Origin: an uncultured Vicinamibacterales bacterium
Lineage (GTDB): Bacteria; Acidobacteriota; Vicinamibacteria; Vicinamibacterales; JAKQTR01
Length of the DNA stretch: 64,000 bases
Direction of reading: 5' to 3'
Assembly: GCA_964547975.1 (NCBI GenBank)
Contig: CAZJRM010000001.1
Coordinates: forward strand, 5,774 to 69,773
This document shows positions 56,889 through 64,000 of this stretch, one piece after another. Position 1 is the first letter of the stretch. The number at the start of each line of letters is the position of its first letter. The translations under genes and the position numbers were made by a program. The notes under the pieces are model-generated. The model saw only the letters and a list, made by a program, of their open reading frames with translations. It was not told the DNA's origin and searched no databases.

Positions 56889-57809
56889 TCAGGCCCGCGG
56901 CGGAATCTCGATCGACCCCACGAGATCGCCAACCCGCGCGATGCCGTGGCGTGTCATGTACTCCGTCAGCCCGGCCGTCAGCTTGGGCCAGATGAACGGA
57001 TCGGTGAAGGTGGCGGTCCCGACCTGGACGGCCGAGGCGCCGGCAATCATGAACTCGATCGCGTCACGCGCGCTGGCAATCCCGCCCATGCCGATGACCG
57101 GGATCGTCACGAGCTTCGCGCACTCGTAGACCATGCGGACCGCAATGGGCCGGATCGCCGGCCCGCTGAGCCCGCCCATCACGTTCGTGACCTTCGGCCG
57201 CCGCGTCTCGACGTCGATGACCATCGCCAGGAACGTGTTGACGAGCGACACGGCGTCCGCGCCCGCATCTTCTGCCGCCTTGGCGAACGACGAGACACTG
57301 GTGACGTTCGGGGTGAGCTTGGGGATCAGGGGCAGCCGCGTCACACGACGCACGGCGCTCACGACGTCGAACGTGCTCGTCAGGCTGCAGCCGAACTGGA
57401 TCCCGCCTTCCTTGATGTTCGGGCAGGAGATGTTGAGCTCGAGCGCGTGGACGCCGTCCACATCCGACAGGATGCGCGCCAGCTCGACGTACTCGTCGAG
57501 CGAACTTCCGCAGATGTTGACGATGACCGTGGCGCCGAGGCGGCGCAGCTCGGGCATCTTGTCGTCGATGAACGGCCGGACGCCGATGCCCTGCAGCCCG
57601 ATGGCATTCAACATGCCGGATGGTGTCTCGACTACCCGAGGCGGCGGGTGCCCTTCCCTCGGGTTGAGGTACAAGCCCTTGACGGCAATGCCGCCGAGGC
57701 TGGCGAGGTCGACGAGGTGCGCGTACTCGACGCCGTAGCCAAAGCAGCCGCTGGCGGCGATGAACGGATTCCGCAGGTGGAGCGAGCCGATTGTGACGCT
57801 GAGGTCCAC
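56889..57809 (-). CDS. pyrD: Dihydroorotate dehydrogenase, class 1B catalytic subunit
   Basis: I trimmed the track ORF 56889..58652 to GTG 57809. NPFIAASG, LELNISCPN, GMGGIAS. Confidence 0.9.
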   Translation of the reverse strand: MDLSVTIGSLHLRNPFIAASGCFGYGVEYAHLVDLASLGGIAVKGLYLNPREGHPPPRVVETPSGMLNAIGLQGIGVRPFIDDKMPELRRLGATVIVNICGSSLDEYVELARILSDVDGVHALELNISCPNIKEGGIQFGCSLTSTFDVVSAVRRVTRLPLIPKLTPNVTSVSSFAKAAEDAGADAVSLVNTFLAMVIDVETRRPKVTNVMGGLSGPAIRPIAVRMVYECAKLVTIPVIGMGGIASARDAIEFMIAGASAVQVGTATFTDPFIWPKLTAGLTEYMTRHGIARVGDLVGSIEIPPRA

Positions 57810-57811
57810 CG

Positions 57812-58630
57812 TTACTCCCAGATGATCGCGTCGCCGCTGAAGACCGGACCGTTGACGCACGACCGGACGAAGTGCCCCTCGGGCGAGCCGTCCCGCACCC
57901 GCACCACGCAGCTGTAGCACCCGCCGAGGCCGCACCCCATGATCCGCTCGGTGGACACCTGCGACGGGCGTCCGTGCCCGGCTGCCAGCGCGGCGACCGC
58001 CTTCAGCATGGGTTCGGGGCCGCACGCGAACAGCGTGACGGGCGCGTCGGCCGGACGGGCGTCGAGATCCCGGGCGAGCGGACGCGTGACGCGGCCGTGC
58101 ACCCCGCGGCTGCCGTCCTCGGTGGCGAGTTCGAGGCGGACACCGCGGCTCGCGAACCAGTCCAGGTAGAACAGGTCGCGGTCGGTGCGTCCGCCGTAAT
58201 ACAACACCGCCGGCACGCCGGCGGCTTGCGCGGCTTCGGCAAGCGCGGCGAACGGCGCGAGGCCGACGCCGCCGGCCACCATCCACGCCTCGGCGGGTGG
58301 GACCGGCAGCTCGAATGGCGTACCGAGCGGGCCGAGGCAAGCGAAGCGGTCGCCCGCGCGCGCATCGTAGAGCCGCGAACTTCCCGGACCGACCCGCTTG
58401 ATCAGCAGCGAGATCGCGACCGCGTCGCCGGCGGGCGACCGGAGGATCTCGAAGACCGAGAACGGGCGCCGAAGCAGCGGGTCCGTGCCGGTGGTCGTAC
58501 GCACCATCACGAACTGGCCCGGCCGCGCGGACGCGGCGATCGGCGGGACCGAGAGCACGAGCACGTTGTAGTCGGGTGACAACCGGGTGTTGCTCGCCAC
58601 CTCGGCGTCGATGTCGACCGGGACGACCAT
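57812..58630 (-). CDS. pyrK: Dihydroorotate dehydrogenase electron-transfer subunit PyrK
   Basis: FAD/NAD-binding pattern (RPFS, GGVGLAP) and a C-terminal 2Fe-2S motif MGCGLGGCYSCVV. Confidence 0.85.
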   Translation of the reverse strand: MVVPVDIDAEVASNTRLSPDYNVLVLSVPPIAASARPGQFVMVRTTTGTDPLLRRPFSVFEILRSPAGDAVAISLLIKRVGPGSSRLYDARAGDRFACLGPLGTPFELPVPPAEAWMVAGGVGLAPFAALAEAAQAAGVPAVLYYGGRTDRDLFYLDWFASRGVRLELATEDGSRGVHGRVTRPLARDLDARPADAPVTLFACGPEPMLKAVAALAAGHGRPSQVSTERIMGCGLGGCYSCVVRVRDGSPEGHFVRSCVNGPVFSGDAIIWE

Positions 58631-58637
58631 GGCGCTC

Positions 58638-58646
58638 AGTATAACA
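58638..58646 (-). promoter_or_regulatory. Extended -10 TGTTATACT 7 nt upstream of the pyrK ATG; predicts a leaderless pyrK-pyrD-pyrF mRNA
   Basis: The minus strand reads GAGTTGTTATACTGAGCGCCATG. Confidence 0.5.
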
Positions 58647-58687
58647 ACTCACGCCCCATGTCCCATGCCCCTGCCTCCGTTGTGCGG

Positions 58688-58695
58688 TAGAGTAT
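58688..58695 (+). promoter_or_regulatory. -10-like TAGAGTAT 7-9 nt upstream of the ATG at 58703 (leaderless or near-leaderless)
   Basis: GGTAGAGTATCGTCGAGATG. Confidence 0.4.
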
Positions 58696-58702
58696 CGTCG
58701 AG

Positions 58703-60436
58703 ATGCGCTACGCGAGGATGCTCACAAACGCGATGCTGGGCGGCTTCGCCTTGGCCGCCTACCTGACGATGCTCGTCCTGCATCTCAATCCGCGGTATCC
58801 GCTCGGGGCGATGCCCTACCTGGCCGGGACGCTGGTGGCCTCGTACGGGCTCAACATCACCGCGGCCTTCTACGGCCTGATCGTCCTTCGGCAGCTGCTG
58901 TCGACCGAAGTCCTGTCGCCCGGGTGGATCAGCTACCGGTTTCTCGTCTGGCTCTCGGCGGTCGCGACCACGCTGGGCACCGCGCTCATGTGGGCGAACC
59001 TCCGCGGCTTTCGCAACGTCCTGAGTGAGCCGTCGGTCCGGCGCATGGCCGGCGCGGCCGCGGCCCTGACGCTGTGCGCGGCCATCTGCATCGTACTGGT
59101 CGTCATCCACCGCGTGTCCGGTCGGCGCAGCACCAAGGGGCGCGCGGCCGTCCTCGGGGTCACGATGATCGCGTCGATGGCCGTGCCGCTGACGTTACGA
59201 GGGCCCGGCATCGGGGCGGGCCGGCCGGCCCGCGTGCCCCCGCCGATGGCCGCCATCGGGCCCGCGTCATCCGACGCCCGAGTCGTCGTCGTGGCCCTGG
59301 AAGGCGCGTCGCTCGACATCATCGTCCCGGCGGCCGCCCAGGGCCGGCTGCCGCACCTCGCCCGCATCCTGCAGTCCGGCGCGTGGCTGCACATGGCCAC
59401 GATCAAGCCGACCCAGCCGAGCACCGTCTGGACCGCGGCCGCGACGGGCAAGCTGCCCGTCCGCAACGGCGTCCGCTCGGCGGCGACGTACTTCCCCATC
59501 GGCAGCCGCGACGGCCTCGAGATGCTGCCGGACTACTGTTTTGCCCACGCCCTCGTGCGGTTCGGATTCGTGACCGAGCGGGCACACGAGAGCGGTGACC
59601 TGGCGGCCCTGCCGCTGTGGAGCATCCTGTCGAACCAGGGCGTGAGCGTCGGCGTCGTGAACTGGTCGGTCACGCAGCCGGCCAGGCCCGTACTGGGGTA
59701 CCTGGTCTCGGATCGGTTCAAGGCCGGCTTCGAGGCCTCGCTCGAGCTGATCGGCTCGAACGCCATCTGGCCGCGCGAGGCCGTGACGACGGCCGTGGCG
59801 GCGGCCCAGCGGCGTCCGGCCGCCGACGGGCGGCCGGCGGCGCAGCCGCTCAAAGCCCCGGCCGCCGCGCGGTGCGAAGCGGATCGCATCTTCGATCGGA
59901 TGACCGGTGACCTCGAAACGCAGATGCCCGCCCGGTTCCGTGCCGTGCGCTACGAGTGTCTGAACGCGGTCGGGCAGTTCTACCTGCGCTTCACCGTGCC
60001 GGGGGCGTTCGGTGACGTGACGGAAGAAGAACTACGCCGCTTCGGAGGCGTTCTCACCTCGCAGTACATCAACGCGGACACGATCGTCGGGCGCGAGTTG
60101 GACGCCCTCCGTCCCGGTGACCTGCTCATGGTCGTGTCGGGCTACGGCGTCGAGCCTCTCGACCCTGGCAAACGGCTGCTGGAACGCCTCATGGGGAATC
60201 CCGACCTGACGGGAACCCACGAACGCGCGCCCGACGGATTCCTGATGGCGTTCGGCACGGAAGTGAAGCCCGGCCACTACCCGCGGTCGTCGATCGTCGA
60301 CCTCGCGCCAACCCTGCTGTACTACCTCGGCCTGCCGGTCGGCCGCGACATGGACGGCTACGCCCGGACGGACCTCTTCCATCGCACGTTCACCGACGCC
60401 CGTCCGATGACGTTCATTCCCACGTACGAAAGATAG
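58703..60436 (+). CDS. Membrane-anchored alkaline-phosphatase-superfamily protein (type I phosphodiesterase/NPP-like)
   Basis: About 5 N-terminal TM helices, then VVVALEGASLD..LPHL and PTQPSTVWTAAATGKLPVRNGV, which resembles the NPP nucleophile region. Confidence 0.55.
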   Translation: MRYARMLTNAMLGGFALAAYLTMLVLHLNPRYPLGAMPYLAGTLVASYGLNITAAFYGLIVLRQLLSTEVLSPGWISYRFLVWLSAVATTLGTALMWANLRGFRNVLSEPSVRRMAGAAAALTLCAAICIVLVVIHRVSGRRSTKGRAAVLGVTMIASMAVPLTLRGPGIGAGRPARVPPPMAAIGPASSDARVVVVALEGASLDIIVPAAAQGRLPHLARILQSGAWLHMATIKPTQPSTVWTAAATGKLPVRNGVRSAATYFPIGSRDGLEMLPDYCFAHALVRFGFVTERAHESGDLAALPLWSILSNQGVSVGVVNWSVTQPARPVLGYLVSDRFKAGFEASLELIGSNAIWPREAVTTAVAAAQRRPAADGRPAAQPLKAPAAARCEADRIFDRMTGDLETQMPARFRAVRYECLNAVGQFYLRFTVPGAFGDVTEEELRRFGGVLTSQYINADTIVGRELDALRPGDLLMVVSGYGVEPLDPGKRLLERLMGNPDLTGTHERAPDGFLMAFGTEVKPGHYPRSSIVDLAPTLLYYLGLPVGRDMDGYARTDLFHRTFTDARPMTFIPTYER

Positions 60437-60530
60437 GGAATAGGGAACAGGCGATAGGGAAGAGGGAAAGGGAAGAGGCGAGGGGCGAGAGGCGAGAGGC
60501 GCAAGCCGAGAGCCGAGAGCCGAAAGCCGT
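60433..60530 (+). repeat. Heptanucleotide tract D (14 units in one register)
   Basis: ATAGGGA ATAGGGA ACAGGCG ATAGGGA AGAGGGA AAGGGAA GAGGCGA GGGGCGA GAGGCGA GAGGCGC AAGCCGA GAGCCGA GAGCCGA AAGCCGT. It begins at the stop codon of the upstream gene. Confidence 0.85.
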
Positions 60531-60531
60531 G

Positions 60532-60537
60532 TATACT
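60532..60537 (+). promoter_or_regulatory. -10 box TATACT (context GTGTATACT) for the pyrR operon
   Basis: It directly follows the last heptamer. The PyrR-type hairpin begins about 8 nt downstream. Confidence 0.45.
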
Positions 60538-60541
60538 GTAA

Positions 60542-62185
<1,644 letters not shown>

Positions 62186-62202
<17 letters not shown>

Positions 62203-63517
62203 GGGCGTACGCCTGGTGGACCCGGCGTCCGGCATCGACGGCGTGCGGGACATCCTCATCGATGGCGACCGGATCGCCCGCGTGGACGTGAGCCTCCCGA
62301 TGCCGGAAACCGGGCACGTGGACGTCGTGGACCTCGGCCCCGGCGTGGTCGTGTGCCCCGGGTTCGTCGACATGCACGTGCACTTGCGGGAGCCTGGCTA
62401 CGAGCACAAGGAAACCGTGGCCTCGGGCGTGGCGGCAGCCGTCGCCGGCGGATTCACCGCCGTCGCCTGCATGCCGAATACGAAGCCGGTCAACGACAGT
62501 GCCAGCGTGACGCGGTTCATTCTCAAGCAGGCGGACGTGGCCGGGCTCGCGCGGGTCTATCCCATCGGCGCGGTGACGATCGATTCGAAGGGCGAACAGC
62601 TCGCCGAAATCGCCGATTTGCGCGACGCGGGCTGCGTGGCCATCTCGGACGATGGCAAGCCGGTGGCGACCGCGCTCATCATGCGGCGCGCGCTCGAGTA
62701 CGCCGGGATGTTCGGGATGCCCGTGATCGACCACTGCGAAGACAAGTCGCTCGCGGGCGAAGGTGTCGCGCACGAGAGTTACATCACCGGGCAGCTCGGC
62801 CTGCGCGGCATTCCTTCGGCGGCCGAGGACGTGATGGTGGACCGCGACATCGTGCTCGCGGCCATGACCGGCTCGGCGGTGCACATCGCGCACCTCAGCA
62901 CGGCGGGCGCGCTGCGTTCGGTGCGCGACGGCAAGGCCCGGGGGACCAGGGTCACCTGCGAGGTGACCCCGCACCACTTCACGCTCATCGACGAGCAACT
63001 GGCGACGCCGATGACGTACGACACGCGGCTCAAGATGAATCCGCCGCTGCGGGAGCACCACGACCGCGACGCGCTCGTCGCCGGACTGCGCGATGGCAGC
63101 ATCGACGTCATCGCCACCGACCACGCGCCGCACCACGAAGACGAGAAGAGCGTGGAATTCGACCGTGCGCCGTTCGGCATCGTCGGGCTCGAAACGGCGG
63201 TGTCCCTGGGCCTCGACAAACTCGTCCACGCCGGTGTCGTCAGCCTGTCCCGGTTCGTCGAGTTGATGTCCACGAATCCGGCCCGGATCCTCGGTGTGCC
63301 CGGCGGCCGCCTCGCCGAAGGCGACGTGGCCGACCTCACCCTCATCGCGCCGGACCTGCGTGTGACCGTCGATGCGGCATCGTTCAGGTCCAGATCCCGC
63401 AATACCCCGTTCGACGGATGGACGCTCCGCGGCGGCGTTGCGGCAACCATCGTCGGCGGCCGCACGTTGTTCGTGAATCCTGGCGTGGCCGTCGTCGCCG
63501 GATTGGCAAGGAGCTGA
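62186..63517 (+). CDS. pyrC: Dihydroorotase
   Basis: I trimmed the track ORF to ATG 62186 (SD GGAGGAGG). [24 protein letters not shown]. Confidence 0.9.
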
Positions 63518-63519
63518 CC

Positions 63520-64000
63520 GTGAGCCGGAAGGACGAAATCCGCGACAAGGCGTTGGAAGACCTGCAGCGTTTCGAAGTGCTGATGATCGACGGGCACTTC
63601 GACTACGGCAACGGCTACCACGGCAAGGTGTACCTCAATCCGCACCAGCTGTTTCGTTACCCCTCGACGATCTGGCGTTTCGCCCAGGATCTGATCGACC
63701 TGATGCCGACCACGCTCATCGAACAGACGGACCTCGTGGCCGGGCCCGTGACCGGGGGCGCGCTGCTCGCACACACGATCGCGGGACTGCTCGATTCGCG
63801 GCGCCAGTTGACCGCGCCGGCGTGCCTCTTCGCGCCGTTCGCGCCGGATCCGGTGGCCGGACACGCGTTGCGCTCGTTCTACCGCAGCCAGATGGCCGGA
63901 AAACGGGTCCTGCTGGCCGACGACGTGCGCAACACCGGGCAGACGTTCGAACGCTGCGCGGCACTGGTGAAGGAAGCCGGCGGCACGGTGGTCGGCACCG
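63520..64000 (+). CDS. Type I phosphoribosyltransferase, PyrE-like (partial; runs off the window)
   Basis: Not in the ORF track because it has no stop in the window. GTG 63520 follows SD AAGGAG. My translation gives ..MIDGHFDYGNGYHGKVYLNPHQLF.. and the PRPP motif VLLADDVRNTGQT. Confidence 0.7.
   Translation, partial: MSRKDEIRDKALEDLQRFEVLMIDGHFDYGNGYHGKVYLNPHQLFRYPSTIWRFAQDLIDLMPTTLIEQTDLVAGPVTGGALLAHTIAGLLDSRRQLTAPACLFAPFAPDPVAGHALRSFYRSQMAGKRVLLADDVRNTGQTFERCAALVKEAGGTVVGT

Overview
A 64-kb, strongly GC-rich chromosomal segment from a diderm bacterium. The envelope genes include Pal, a BamA/TamA-like Omp85 and outer-membrane (OM) beta-barrels. The gene content resembles Acidobacteriota-like genomes, but the taxon cannot be proven from this sequence. 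I support about 60 protein genes and one tRNA(CAT). I see no rRNA, CRISPR, transposase, integrase or phage genes. Most of the window is housekeeping operons joined by 4-nt ATGA/GTGA stop-start overlaps: yebC-ruvC-ruvA-ruvB-fabH-queA; tRNA(CAT) then tilS-ftsH-folP-cdaA-cdaR-glmM-pdxJ; queE-queC; pyrR-pyrB-pyrC-PRT and pyrK-pyrD-pyrF; and an ABC(GldA/F/G-like)-DUF4340-PBP4-unknown-GH31 operon. The high GC content produces many long spurious antisense ORFs and 5' ORF extensions in the track, so I trimmed starts using conserved N-termini, Shine-Dalgarno (SD) sites and overlaps. Items worth a second look, in rough priority order: (1) A LysW-type zinc-ribbon carrier-like protein with a 26-residue Asp/Glu tail, translationally coupled to a LarE-type PP-loop ATPase carrying three conserved Cys, followed by a GT-C membrane protein. 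No lysXZYJK or larABC partner is nearby. (2) Four intergenic tracts built from degenerate tandem heptanucleotides (GGGA-, GGCGA- and GCCGA-type). They are always purine-rich on the strand of the downstream gene, and three of them run directly into a -10-like box. (3) A REP-like hairpin family (CGTGG + GC stem + TTCA loop) with six copies. (4) A 1018-aa kinase-M23-aminotransferase fusion. (5) A 1-nt frameshift that truncates a serine hydrolase. (6) A Dam-family methyltransferase with no endonuclease neighbour, coupled to a class II aldolase. (7) -10-only promoters positioned for leaderless or near-leaderless mRNAs. All functional calls rest on motif recognition by eye; no database search was run.
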